From positions 1 to 36,078 of the IMG/VR virus record IMGVR_UViG_3300008085_000069: a stretch of 36,078 bases of DNA. One strand, written 5' to 3'. The stretch is from a virus. Taxonomy: Duplodnaviria > Caudoviricetes. Positions 17,598-26,380 of this stretch are shown here, in pieces; within the stretch, counting starts at the first letter, position 1; each line of letters opens with the position of its first letter. Position numbers and translations under genes: made by a program. Below the pieces are notes generated by a model. That model did not search any database, was not told the origin of the DNA, and was given only the letters and a program-made list of their open reading frames with translations.

Positions 17598-18074
17598 ATG
17601 GTGAACAAGGTAATTTTGCTGGGCAACCTGGGCAAAGACCCGATATTGAAGTACACCCCTTCGGGAGCGGCGGTCTGCACCTTCAGCGTCGCCACCTCGG
17701 AAAAGTTCAAGGACAAAAGCGGTCAGATGCAGGAGAAGACCGAGTGGCACAACATCGTCGTCTGGCGCCAGCTGGCGGAGATCTGCGGCAAGTACCTGCA
17801 AAAGGGGAAGACGGTCTACCTCGAGGGGAAGATCCAGACCCGCAGCTATGACGACCGCGACGGGGCGAAGCGCTATATCACCGAAATCGTCGCTGACCAG
17901 ATGCGCATGGTCGGGTCAAGAGAAGGGCAGGGGCAAGGGGGAGATCGTGGCGCACCGGGCAAACCTCGAAGCGAGGGACCCTCCGGTGGCGGGATGAGCG
18001 AGCCGCCTTTTAACCCGGATGACAATGTTTACTTCTTCCATCCCTACGACCTGATGGAAAGGACGATGCGATGA
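17598..18074 (+). CDS. ssb: Single-stranded DNA-binding protein
   Basis: [36 protein letters not shown]. Confidence 0.97.
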   Translation: MVNKVILLGNLGKDPILKYTPSGAAVCTFSVATSEKFKDKSGQMQEKTEWHNIVVWRQLAEICGKYLQKGKTVYLEGKIQTRSYDDRDGAKRYITEIVADQMRMVGSREGQGQGGDRGAPGKPRSEGPSGGGMSEPPFNPDDNVYFFHPYDLMERTMR

Positions 18075-18322
18075 GCGGTTTCAAGACCCGCAGCGGCGAT
18101 CCGGCCGTCCAGGGGGAGGATGGCGGATGGTATCAGCCGACGGTGAACCCCTTCGGGCACGGCTGCTGTGACTGCGGCCTCTATCACCAGGTGGAGTTCG
18201 CGCTGGTCGATGAGGCGGGCAATCCGGTCCCCCTTCCCGAGGGGATGGCATTGGCCCTGCGCTTCGCCCGGGACGAGGAGGAGACACAAAGACTGCGGAG
18301 ACACAAAAACTGTTCCCCATAA
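18071..18322 (+). CDS. Hypothetical phage protein with CCDCGL.H motif
   Basis: ATGA overlap with ssb. Confidence 0.75.
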   Translation: MSGFKTRSGDPAVQGEDGGWYQPTVNPFGHGCCDCGLYHQVEFALVDEAGNPVPLPEGMALALRFARDEEETQRLRRHKNCSP

Positions 18323-18456
18323 CAGGGGAACAACTCGGATGAAATAAACTTTCGTTTATGTTTCCATCCACCCTATGAATAGTGTGAAGAGGGACATACG
18401 CGAAGGACAAAGGGAAGCAACTTCTCCGGGAGTCGCTTTCTCTTTTGGAGCCGACC

Positions 18457-18903
18457 ATGGCCGCGCCTAAGGGGAACCGCTTCTGGGAAGCGAGAAGCTC
18501 CCACGGGCGCAAGCCGATCTTCGGCAAGCCTGAGGATCTGTGGGACGCCTGCGCTCAATACTTTGTCTGGGTGGAGGATAACCCGCTCTGGGAAGCCAAG
18601 CTCACCTCTTACCAGGGTGAGAACAAGATCGAGAAGCTGCCAAAGATGCGGGCCATGACCGTCGGCGGCCTGTGCATTTTTCTCGATATAAACCGGAAGA
18701 CCTGGGCCGACTACGCAAAACGAGAAGATTTTATTCCCGTCTGCATGCGAGCAGAGGAAATCATCCGGGATCAGAAGTTCTCCGGCGCCGCCGCCGAGCT
18801 GCTCAACCCTTCCATTATCGCCCGCGACCTGGGCCTGGCCGACAAGCGCGAGAACACCGGCAAGATCACCCTGGAGGACCTGCTAACCGAGGGGTACAAA
18901 TGA
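18457..18903 (+). CDS. terS: Terminase small subunit (P22 gp3-like)
   Basis: [22 protein letters not shown]...[22 protein letters not shown]. Confidence 0.93.
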   Translation: MAAPKGNRFWEARSSHGRKPIFGKPEDLWDACAQYFVWVEDNPLWEAKLTSYQGENKIEKLPKMRAMTVGGLCIFLDINRKTWADYAKREDFIPVCMRAEEIIRDQKFSGAAAELLNPSIIARDLGLADKRENTGKITLEDLLTEGYK

Positions 18904-19136
18904 GGCGGATTTGCTCATGGTGCAACGACGTGATGGGCGAGAAGCCGGGAGTTTCCGACGAGACCCACGGCATTTGCATCCCCTGCCTAGCCCAACACTT
19001 TCCCGGCATGGAAGCCGCCGCTGCCGGGCTGTTTAAACCACACGATCTGGTAGAGAGTGCCGAGATTCCCCGGGTCGAAACCCTAGGAATGGTACGCCCC
19101 AACTTCCCAGGCGAAAGGGTGTGGGTCAAAGGATGA
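18900..19136 (+). CDS. Small zinc-binding protein
   Basis: ICSWC...THGICIPC; ATGA overlaps on both sides. Confidence 0.75.
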   Translation: MRRICSWCNDVMGEKPGVSDETHGICIPCLAQHFPGMEAAAAGLFKPHDLVESAEIPRVETLGMVRPNFPGERVWVKG

Positions 19137-20617
19137 GCAAGGCGGACCGCTCCAGATCCAGGCTTTGCGCCTGGAGGGAATACCCGGCCCAATTCGTCCA
19201 CGAGAACTTCGGGGTCGAGCCGGACGCCTGGCAGAAGGAGGCCCTGGAGAGTCTTGCCGGTGAGCTCAACCCGCGCCGCCGCGTGCACCTGAAGGCCTGC
19301 ACCGGCCCCGGCAAGACCGCGCTGCTGGCCTGGGAGGGATGGCGACGGCTGGCCTGCTACGGGCACAAAGGGGAGCATCCCAAAGGGGCGGCCCTGGCGG
19401 TGACCAAAGACAACCTCAAAGACAACCTCTGGCCGGAGCTGACCAAGTGGCAGAACCGCTCGGAGTTTCTCACCGCCACCTTTACCGCCACCAAGGAGCG
19501 GATCTACTACAACGATTTCCCGGACACCTGGTTTCTCTCGGCACGATCCTATGCCAAAGACGCCGACTCCGACGCCATCGGCCGGGCACTATCCGGCCTG
19601 CACAGCCAGTATCCGTTTATCCTCCTCGATGAGACCGGCGACATGCCCACCGCTGTCGGCCGGGCCGCCGATCAGATCTTCTCCGGCTCGCCTACCGATG
19701 CGCTGATCCTTGGCGCCGGCAACCCGACCAGCACCGACGGCCTGCTCTACGCCTGCTGTAACGTGCTGCGGGAGATGTGGAAGATCATCACCATTACCGC
19801 CGATCCGGACGATCCGCGGAGAACCCCACGGGTGGAGAAGGCCCACGCCGAGGAGATGATCCGTCTCTACGGCCGGGACAATCCATGGGTGATGGCCACC
19901 ATCCTTGGGCTCTTCCCGTCGGCCGGTTTCAACGCCCTGCTGGGGATCGAGGATCTGGAGGCGGCCATGAAGCGCCACTACCGGATCGACCAGTACGACT
20001 TCGCCGCCAAGCTCCTCGGGGTCGATGTGGCCCGCCAGGGGGACGACGCCAGCACCATCTGCCCGCGTCAGGGTTTGGTCGGCTTCCGGCCGAAGATCTT
20101 TCGCAATTTGCGCTCCACGGTTCTGGCCGGGCACGTCGCCCAGGCCGAGGACAAGTGGGGGGCCGATGGGGTGATCGTCGACGGGACAGGCGGCTGGGGG
20201 GCGGGGGTTCTGGATGCCGGCAACGCCATGGGGCGGGTCTGGTTCGATTGCCAGTACGCGGCCAAAGCCTTCTCCCCCAAGTTCGCCAATAAGCGCACTG
20301 AGAATGCCTTCCTGTGCGCCGAATGGATCAAGAACGGCGGGGCGCTGCCGTACCTGCCCGGACTGATCAAAGAGGCAACCGCCATCAACTACACCTTCAA
20401 GGGCGACAAACTCATCATCGAGCCCAAGGAGGTGATCAAGAGACGCCTGGGGCACTCCACCGACCTGTGGGACGGCTACTGCAACACCTTCGCCTTCCCC
20501 ATCGCCAAGCGGCCGAAGAACGCCGTCAAGAGGCAAACCGGGGAATACGACCCGGTGGCCAGGGCCGCCCACCAGATGCGCCAGGAACAGGACTACAACC
20601 CGGTAGGAGGAATGTGA
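19133..20617 (+). CDS. terL: Terminase large subunit
   Basis: Walker A GPGKT, Walker B ILLDE, GNPT, nuclease GVDVARQGDD. Confidence 0.95.
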   Translation: MSKADRSRSRLCAWREYPAQFVHENFGVEPDAWQKEALESLAGELNPRRRVHLKACTGPGKTALLAWEGWRRLACYGHKGEHPKGAALAVTKDNLKDNLWPELTKWQNRSEFLTATFTATKERIYYNDFPDTWFLSARSYAKDADSDAIGRALSGLHSQYPFILLDETGDMPTAVGRAADQIFSGSPTDALILGAGNPTSTDGLLYACCNVLREMWKIITITADPDDPRRTPRVEKAHAEEMIRLYGRDNPWVMATILGLFPSAGFNALLGIEDLEAAMKRHYRIDQYDFAAKLLGVDVARQGDDASTICPRQGLVGFRPKIFRNLRSTVLAGHVAQAEDKWGADGVIVDGTGGWGAGVLDAGNAMGRVWFDCQYAAKAFSPKFANKRTENAFLCAEWIKNGGALPYLPGLIKEATAINYTFKGDKLIIEPKEVIKRRLGHSTDLWDGYCNTFAFPIAKRPKNAVKRQTGEYDPVARAAHQMRQEQDYNPVGGM

Positions 20618-20823
20618 TGTACAATAAGATCGAGAACAATTTTCGGTACCACGCACCGAAACAAGGGCAACCGGAGAAGTACACCACCCTGAGAGAGAAG
20701 GCCAAGGAGTTGGCTTACCTCATTGATGAGCTCTGTCCCGACAGCCGGGAGAAGTCCGTCGCCCTGACTGAACTCGAAACGTCGGTGATGTGGGCCAATG
20801 CCTCCATTGCCAGAAACGAGTAA
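20617..20823 (+). CDS. Acb2/Tad1-like helical-hairpin protein (68 aa), candidate nucleotide-signal sponge
   Basis: FRYHAPK.GQPEKY..LREKAKELA.LIDELCPDSREKSVALTELETSVMWANASIARNE; SD AGGAGG. Confidence 0.7.
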   Translation: MYNKIENNFRYHAPKQGQPEKYTTLREKAKELAYLIDELCPDSREKSVALTELETSVMWANASIARNE

Positions 20824-20827
20824 GGCC

Positions 20828-21043
20828 ATGCTCAAGGCAGCCGCCTTCATCACCTGCGGAGTAGGAGTGCCCAATCCGCCCCCACCGCCGCCTCCCGCCC
20901 CGGAGATGCAGGACGAGGGGGTTGTGACCTCCAGGGACAACGAGCGGCGCAGACGTCGTGCGGCGGCCTCCAATACCTTTTTGACCCAGGGGCAGGAGAT
21001 GGGTTCCCCGTCGACGGCATCGAAAACCTTACTGGGGCAATAA
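20828..21043 (+). CDS. Small Pro-rich virion protein upstream of the portal
   Basis: C..PPPPPP...RRRR...T(F/I)LT...KTLLGQ pattern typical of pre-portal genes in BPP-1-like phages. Confidence 0.8.
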   Translation: MLKAAAFITCGVGVPNPPPPPPPAPEMQDEGVVTSRDNERRRRRAAASNTFLTQGQEMGSPSTASKTLLGQ

Positions 21044-21047
21044 ATAA

Positions 21048-22724
21048 ATGAAGAGCGAGAACCAGCAGATCATCGAGAAGCTGCAGGCGCGAAAAGCGGC
21101 GCTGATAACCGAGCGAGCCTCTTTTGTGCCGCACTGGCAGGAGATCGCCGAGTTCATCTCCACCCGCACCTCGCGCTTTCTGCGCTCGGATCGCAACCGC
21201 GGTGACAAGGTGAACCAGAAGATCATCAACGAGACGGCGACCCTGGCCCTGCGGACCCTCGAATCCGGCCTGATGGCGGGGATGAGCTCGCCGGCCCGCC
21301 CCTGGTTCGTCCTCGGACCGCCCGATCCGGAGATGCGCGAGTTCGGCCCGGTCAAGGACTGGCTCGACACCGTGACCCGGCTGATGCGCGACGTCTTCGC
21401 CCGCTCGAATCTCTACTCGGTCCTACCTAAACAGTATACCTCCCTCGGGGCCTACGCCACCGGGGCTTTCGGCCTACTAGAGGATGAAAAAGAAGTCATT
21501 CGCTGCTACCCGTTCCCCATCGGCAGTTACATGATCGACTGCAACGAGCGCATGAACGTGGACACCCTCTATCGGGAATTCTCCATGACTGTGCGCCAGC
21601 TGGTCGCCAAGTTCGGGGAAAAGAACGTCTCGCCCACCGTCAAGGGGATGTGGGACAACGGCAACTACGGCACCTGGATTCCGGTGGTACACGCCATCGA
21701 ACCGAACTTCGCCAACCTCCCCGGCAAGCTCGACGCCCGGGACAAACCCTATCTGTCGGTCTACTACGAGGAGGGCCGGGACATCCCCATGCGCCTCTCC
21801 GGCTTTGACGAGTTCCCCTCCATCGTCTCGCGCTGGCACGTCAACGGCGAAGACGCTTGGGGCACCCGCTGCCCGGGGATGGACGCCCTGGGAAGCGTCA
21901 AGGCGCTGCAGCTGGAGGAGCGGCGCAAGTACCAGGCCATGGACAAGATCGTCAACGGCCCGGTCAACGCCGACGCCACCCTGAGAAACACCGGGGCGGA
22001 TCTGCTGCCCGGCGGGGTCAACTGGGTTCCCAACCTCTCCCAATCGGCTGGTACTGCCATCCGGCCGATCTACGACATCGACGCCCGGATCATCGACGTG
22101 CTGCGCCAGGACATCATAGAGGTCACCCACCGGATCCGGCGGATCTTCTTCGAGGACCTGATGCTGATGCTCTCCCAAGGGGACAACCCGGAGATGACCG
22201 CCCGGGAGGTCGAGGAGCGCCACCAGGAAAAGGTGCTGGTTCTCGGCCCGATGATGGAGCAGCAAAACGACGACCTCTTTGACCCGCTGATCGATCGCAC
22301 CTTCAACATCATGCTGCGCCGCGGCATGTTCCCGCCACCGCCCGAGGAGCTGCAGGGTCTGCCGCTGCGGGTGGAGTACACCTCGGTCATGGCTCAGGCG
22401 CAAAAGCTGATCGGCATCGGCGGCATCGAGCGCTTCGTCGGTTTCGTCGGTAACCTCGCCCAGATGCGCCCCGACGCCCTGGACAAGGCCGACATCGACC
22501 AGGCCATCGACGAGTACGGCGACATGCTGGGGATTCCTTCCAAGATCATCGTCCCCGACGAGCAGGTCGCGGCCATCCGCCAGCAGCGGGCACAGCAGCA
22601 ACAGATGCAGCAGGCGGCGGAAATGGCCCCGGCCCTGGCGCAAGGAGCGCAGGCGGCCAAGGCCCTTTCCGAGACCAACGTGCAGGACGTGAGCGCCCTG
22701 ACGCGGCTGATCGGAGGGGCGTAG
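21048..22724 (+). CDS. Portal (head-tail connector) protein
   Basis: LESGLMAGMSSPARPWF, PGMDALG, MTAREVEERHQEK..VLGP, VEYTSVMAQAQK. Confidence 0.95.
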   Translation: MKSENQQIIEKLQARKAALITERASFVPHWQEIAEFISTRTSRFLRSDRNRGDKVNQKIINETATLALRTLESGLMAGMSSPARPWFVLGPPDPEMREFGPVKDWLDTVTRLMRDVFARSNLYSVLPKQYTSLGAYATGAFGLLEDEKEVIRCYPFPIGSYMIDCNERMNVDTLYREFSMTVRQLVAKFGEKNVSPTVKGMWDNGNYGTWIPVVHAIEPNFANLPGKLDARDKPYLSVYYEEGRDIPMRLSGFDEFPSIVSRWHVNGEDAWGTRCPGMDALGSVKALQLEERRKYQAMDKIVNGPVNADATLRNTGADLLPGGVNWVPNLSQSAGTAIRPIYDIDARIIDVLRQDIIEVTHRIRRIFFEDLMLMLSQGDNPEMTAREVEERHQEKVLVLGPMMEQQNDDLFDPLIDRTFNIMLRRGMFPPPPEELQGLPLRVEYTSVMAQAQKLIGIGGIERFVGFVGNLAQMRPDALDKADIDQAIDEYGDMLGIPSKIIVPDEQVAAIRQQRAQQQQMQQAAEMAPALAQGAQAAKALSETNVQDVSALTRLIGGA

Positions 22725-23051
22725 ATGGACCGGGAGAAGGCCAACCTGTGGCGCGAGCGCGAGATCGAGGACCTCAAGGCCGTGATGGATACCAAAGAGG
22801 GACGGCGCTTCATCTGGCGGCTGCTGGGGCAGGCGGGGATTTTTCACCCCTCCTTTGTGGTCGGCGCTCCCGACGTGACGGCCTTCAACGAAGGTGGGCG
22901 GAAGCAGGGGCTTAACCTCATGGCCGAGATCATAAGCGAGACCCCCACCAGTTTTTTGACCATGCAACAGGAGGTGATGAACGATGAGCAGCGAAGACGC
23001 GAAGAAGAGAAGAATTCTGCCGATTCTGATCGCGGCGATTCTCACGACTGA
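22725..23051 (+). CDS. Bbp19-like protein
   Basis: DLKAVMDTKEGRRFIWRLL...TAFNEGGR; between portal and scaffold. Confidence 0.85.
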   Translation: MDREKANLWREREIEDLKAVMDTKEGRRFIWRLLGQAGIFHPSFVVGAPDVTAFNEGGRKQGLNLMAEIISETPTSFLTMQQEVMNDEQRRREEEKNSADSDRGDSHD

Positions 23052-23700
23052 GGAAGCCGGGGAAGGAGCCGGGGAAGGAGCCGGGGAAGGAGCCGGGGAA
23101 GGGACGGGCGAAGGTGAAGGCGCTGGCGAGGGCACCGGGGAAGGTGCCGGCGAAGGCGAAGGCACCGGCGGTGAAGGTGAGGACGAGGGAGAAGGCGAAG
23201 GGGAAGGCGACAAGCCGACCGGCGCCCCCGAAGAGTACGACGCTTTCACCGGTCCCGAGGGGATGGAGCTGGACAAGGAGATCCTCGGCGAGTTCAAGCC
23301 CCTGGCCAAGGAGCTGAACCTCCCCCAGGAGAAGGCTCAGGCCTTTGTCGATCTGGCCGCCAAGATGATGCAGAAGCAGTTCGACGGTATCGTCGCCCAG
23401 CACCAGGAGAAGGTCGGCAACTGGCTCAAGGACGCGCAGCAGGACCCGGAGATCGGCGACGACATAAAGAAAGGTGCGGAGTCTGCCGCCCTGCGGGCCT
23501 TCAACACCATCACCAAAGGCGACGAGAAGGCCAAGTCCATGGTGGACGAGCTGGGCATCGGCAATCACCCCGAATTTTTGCGGATCTTCTACAGGATTTC
23601 GCAGCACATGCGCGAAGACACCTTTGAAATACCTGGCACCGGAGGCCAGGGCGGGTTCAACGACAAGCTGAACGCCCGCTACCCGAACACAAAAGACTAA
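22984..23700 (+). CDS. Capsid scaffolding protein
   Basis: Acidic GE-rich N-terminus, AKELNLPQEKAQ, GIGNHPEFLR; directly upstream of the MCP. Confidence 0.85.
   Translation: MSSEDAKKRRILPILIAAILTTEEAGEGAGEGAGEGAGEGTGEGEGAGEGTGEGAGEGEGTGGEGEDEGEGEGEGDKPTGAPEEYDAFTGPEGMELDKEILGEFKPLAKELNLPQEKAQAFVDLAAKMMQKQFDGIVAQHQEKVGNWLKDAQQDPEIGDDIKKGAESAALRAFNTITKGDEKAKSMVDELGIGNHPEFLRIFYRISQHMREDTFEIPGTGGQGGFNDKLNARYPNTKD
23055..23102 (+). repeat. 12-bp tandem repeat AGCCGGGGAAGG x4 (AGEG) in the scaffold, degenerating to ~23210
   Basis: Read directly from the sequence. Confidence 0.9.
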
Positions 23701-23722
23701 CCCAAAAGGAAGGAGCACAACC

Positions 23723-24766
23723 ATGAAAGTAGCAATTGTAAGGGGTTCTGCGGTCATCACCTCGACCATGGCGACCACCCACCCGACCTTGCTGGACCTC
23801 AAAACCCAGCTCAACCCGGATGGCAGCGTGGCCGATGTCATCGAGATCCTCGACCAGGACAACGAGTGTCTGGATGATCTCGTCATGATGGAGGGCAACC
23901 TGCCGACCGGCCACCGGGGAACGATCCGGGCCGGCATCTGCGAGCCCGCCTTCCGTAAGCTCTACGGCCGGGTCCAGCCGTCCAAGAGCGCCTACGTCCA
24001 GGTGACCGACAACTGCGGCATGATGGAGGCCTACCCCGAGGTCGACGCCACGCTGGCCAAACTGTCGGGCAACGTCAAGAAATTCCGCTACAACGAGGAG
24101 ATGGCGCATATCCAGGGTTTCAACCAGAAGCTATCGCGCTACGTCTTCTACGGCAACGAGGCAACCGAGCCCGAGGGCTTCACCGGCCTGGCGCCGCGCT
24201 TCAACAGCACCTCGGCCGAGAACGGCAGCAACATCCTGGCTGGCGCCGCCAATGGCGGCGGGGCCACCAACACCTCCATCTGGCTGCTGACCTGGGGGCC
24301 GCAAACCCTGCACGGGATCTTCCCCAAGGGGAGCAAGGCGGGGATCTCAACCGATGACAAGGGGGAGGTGACTTCCGAGAACGCCGACGGCCTGATGGAG
24401 GTCTTCCGCTCTCACATCAAGTGGGACTTCGGCCTGCATGTGAAGGACTGGCGCTATGCCGTGCGCATCCAGATCGACGCCGCCGCTCTGACCAAGAACG
24501 CCGCCACCGGGGGCGACCTGCTCGACCTGATGGCGCAGTCTCTGGACCTGATCCCCAACATGAACGCCGGCCGCACCGCCTTTTACTGCAACCGCACGGT
24601 GCGCGGCTTCATCCGTCGGCAGATCATGAACAAGACGGTCAACAGCACCCTCTCCATCGAGCAGCTCACCCGCGCCAACGGCGCCCGCGTCCACCTGCCG
24701 ATGTTCGACGGCGTGCCCATCCGCCGGGTGGACCAGCTGTTCAACACCGAAGCCAAGGTGGTCTAA
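23723..24766 (+). CDS. Major capsid protein (BPP-1/epsilon15 type)
   Basis: PTLLD, EGNLPTGH, FTGLAPRFN, TSIWLLTWG, DWRYAVRI, FDGVPIRRVDQL. Confidence 0.95.
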   Translation: MKVAIVRGSAVITSTMATTHPTLLDLKTQLNPDGSVADVIEILDQDNECLDDLVMMEGNLPTGHRGTIRAGICEPAFRKLYGRVQPSKSAYVQVTDNCGMMEAYPEVDATLAKLSGNVKKFRYNEEMAHIQGFNQKLSRYVFYGNEATEPEGFTGLAPRFNSTSAENGSNILAGAANGGGATNTSIWLLTWGPQTLHGIFPKGSKAGISTDDKGEVTSENADGLMEVFRSHIKWDFGLHVKDWRYAVRIQIDAAALTKNAATGGDLLDLMAQSLDLIPNMNAGRTAFYCNRTVRGFIRRQIMNKTVNSTLSIEQLTRANGARVHLPMFDGVPIRRVDQLFNTEAKVV

Positions 24767-24772
24767 ACCGAT

Positions 24773-24804
24773 AAGGGGGAGTGACCCTCCCCCTTTACCC
24801 TTTT
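24773..24804 (+). terminator. Hairpin after the MCP gene (partial terminator or stability element)
   Basis: AAGGGGGAG-tgacc-CTCCCCCTT followed by pyrimidines. Confidence 0.65.
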
Positions 24805-24822
24805 ACAGAGGAGATAAAGACG

Positions 24823-25380
24823 ATGAAAAACTACTTCAGTAAACTCGGATGGCTGACGGTGATCGGCCTGGTTCTGGCTGTCGGCCTTTCCTTTTTCGTG
24901 CATCCGGCCCTCGCCCTGGTCGGGGTAGCCGGGATGATCCTGGACGAGCGCCTGGAGTTTGCCGACGCCACCGCCCTGGACACCACTGGCGCGGCCACCA
25001 AGCTGGTGGGCGACGTGATCGATCTGGGAGCCGCTTCCCGCGATATCGGCCAGGGTGAACCGCTGTACCTGTGCATTCAGGTCGACACCGCCGTCACCTC
25101 GGCCGGGGATGCCACCGTCGCCTTCGAGCTGGCGTCCGATGCCCAGGCGGCCATCGCCGTGGATGGAAGCGCTACGTCCCACTTCAAAACGGCGGCCATT
25201 GGCAAGGCGAATCTGGTGACCGGCTACAGGGCGGTCATGGTGGCGCTGCCCTCTGGGACCTACGAGCGGTATCTTGGCATTCTGGCCACCGTCGGCACGG
25301 CGGCGCTGACCGCCGGCAAGGTCAACGCCTTCCTCACCAAGGACCCCAACGGCTGGAAAGCCTACCCGGACGGGATCTAA
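24823..25380 (+). CDS. Bbp16-like capsid cement/decoration protein with a hydrophobic N-terminal extension
   Basis: SD GAGGAG; core MILDERLEF...VIDLG...DIGQGEPLYL...YERYLG...AGKVNAFL...WKAYPD. Confidence 0.85.
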   Translation: MKNYFSKLGWLTVIGLVLAVGLSFFVHPALALVGVAGMILDERLEFADATALDTTGAATKLVGDVIDLGAASRDIGQGEPLYLCIQVDTAVTSAGDATVAFELASDAQAAIAVDGSATSHFKTAAIGKANLVTGYRAVMVALPSGTYERYLGILATVGTAALTAGKVNAFLTKDPNGWKAYPDGI

Positions 25381-25405
25381 GGGCAACCATTAGCGGAGAT
25401 TAGAT

Positions 25406-25666
25406 ATGAAAAAGCTCTGTTTTATTGAGGGGTCGCTCCAGGAGCTGGAACTGGACGAGAAGGGGCGGCCGATCGAGGCCAAGAAGGAGACCGCGCCCGA
25501 GAAGCCCAAGGACTTCGACCGCAAGGCGGCCATGGCCGAACTGACGGCGGCCGGAGTGGAGTTCAGAGGCAACGCCTCCAACGAGACCTTGGCCGAACTG
25601 CTGGCCGAGGCCAAGAAGGAGACCGCGCCACCCGAAGGCGGGACGGGGGATCAGGACGTCATCTGA
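25406..25666 (+). CDS. Small HeH/LEM-like domain protein
   Basis: AELTAAGVEFRGNASNETLAELL. Confidence 0.7.
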   Translation: MKKLCFIEGSLQELELDEKGRPIEAKKETAPEKPKDFDRKAAMAELTAAGVEFRGNASNETLAELLAEAKKETAPPEGGTGDQDVI

Positions 25667-25728
25667 TCGCCTGTTCATCGAGGGCCGGAGGACCTCTCTC
25701 CCCTCCGGCCCTCCATTGAACAGACGAT
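25666..25728 (+). promoter_or_regulatory. Long imperfect RNA hairpin
   Basis: ATCG.CTGTTCA..GAGGGCCGGAGG-loop-CCTCCGGCCCTC...TGAACAG.CGAT. Confidence 0.65.
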
Positions 25729-25745
25729 TTGAAAGGAGTGAGTTT

Positions 25746-26057
25746 GTGGACATAGATCCTTCGGCAGTGGTGGTCGGTCTGATCATGGCGCTGGGCAACA
25801 TCGGCGGCATTGGCATCATCGTCAAGTCATATACCAAGCGCATCGAGGACAACGAGCAGACCACCAAGGATCAGGGGCTGATGATGGCCCGCGCCGCCGA
25901 GAACCAGGCCCGCGCCGCCGAGACCCTGGAGCGGGTGCAGGACAATATCACCGAACTTTACAACAGTCGCAAAGACCACGACCGAACCCTGACCGCCATT
26001 GAGACCCTGCATGACATCAAGGGCTGCAAGACCTATTACCAGAGGAGCGACACATGA
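25746..26057 (+). CDS. Single-TM coiled-coil membrane protein (holin-like candidate)
   Basis: SD AAGGAG, GTG start; TM AVVVGLIMALGNIGGIGIIV. Confidence 0.6.
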   Translation: MDIDPSAVVVGLIMALGNIGGIGIIVKSYTKRIEDNEQTTKDQGLMMARAAENQARAAETLERVQDNITELYNSRKDHDRTLTAIETLHDIKGCKTYYQRSDT

Positions 26058-26380
26058 AAATGACCAGTATGGAACTGCCTGAGGGCCAGGGCAAGGCCGC
26101 AGATATGCCAGCAGAGATGGAGTCCCCTCGCTACCCGTGGGGGCTGCAGCTGCACCTGGAGAACGAGCAGATAAAAGCACTGGGGATCGAGAGCCTGCCC
26201 AAGGTGGGGCAGAGCCTGACCATCGTCGCCACGGTCAAGGTGACCCGCTGCGGCGAAGAGGAGATGGAAGGGAAGGAGGTCCGCCGGAGCATGGCCCTGC
26301 AGGTCACTGAGATGGGGATGGAAACCGGGCAGATGAACGAGCGCCTCAACGCCCGCTATCCCAATACGACGGAGGAGTAA
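26054..26380 (+). CDS. Capsid-associated 'staple'-like protein (epsilon15 gp10-like)
   Basis: YPWGLQLHL...LGI..LPKVG...LQVTEM. Confidence 0.75.
   Translation: MKMTSMELPEGQGKAADMPAEMESPRYPWGLQLHLENEQIKALGIESLPKVGQSLTIVATVKVTRCGEEEMEGKEVRRSMALQVTEMGMETGQMNERLNARYPNTTEE

Noticed and set aside
18306-18317. AAAACTGTTCCC shared with the repeat at 7673-7684
   Set aside because: A single 12-bp match can arise by chance in 36 kb, and no functional link is evident
16522-23102. CRISPR array or mini-array
   Set aside because: The repeats are short tandem coding or iteron units without unique spacers
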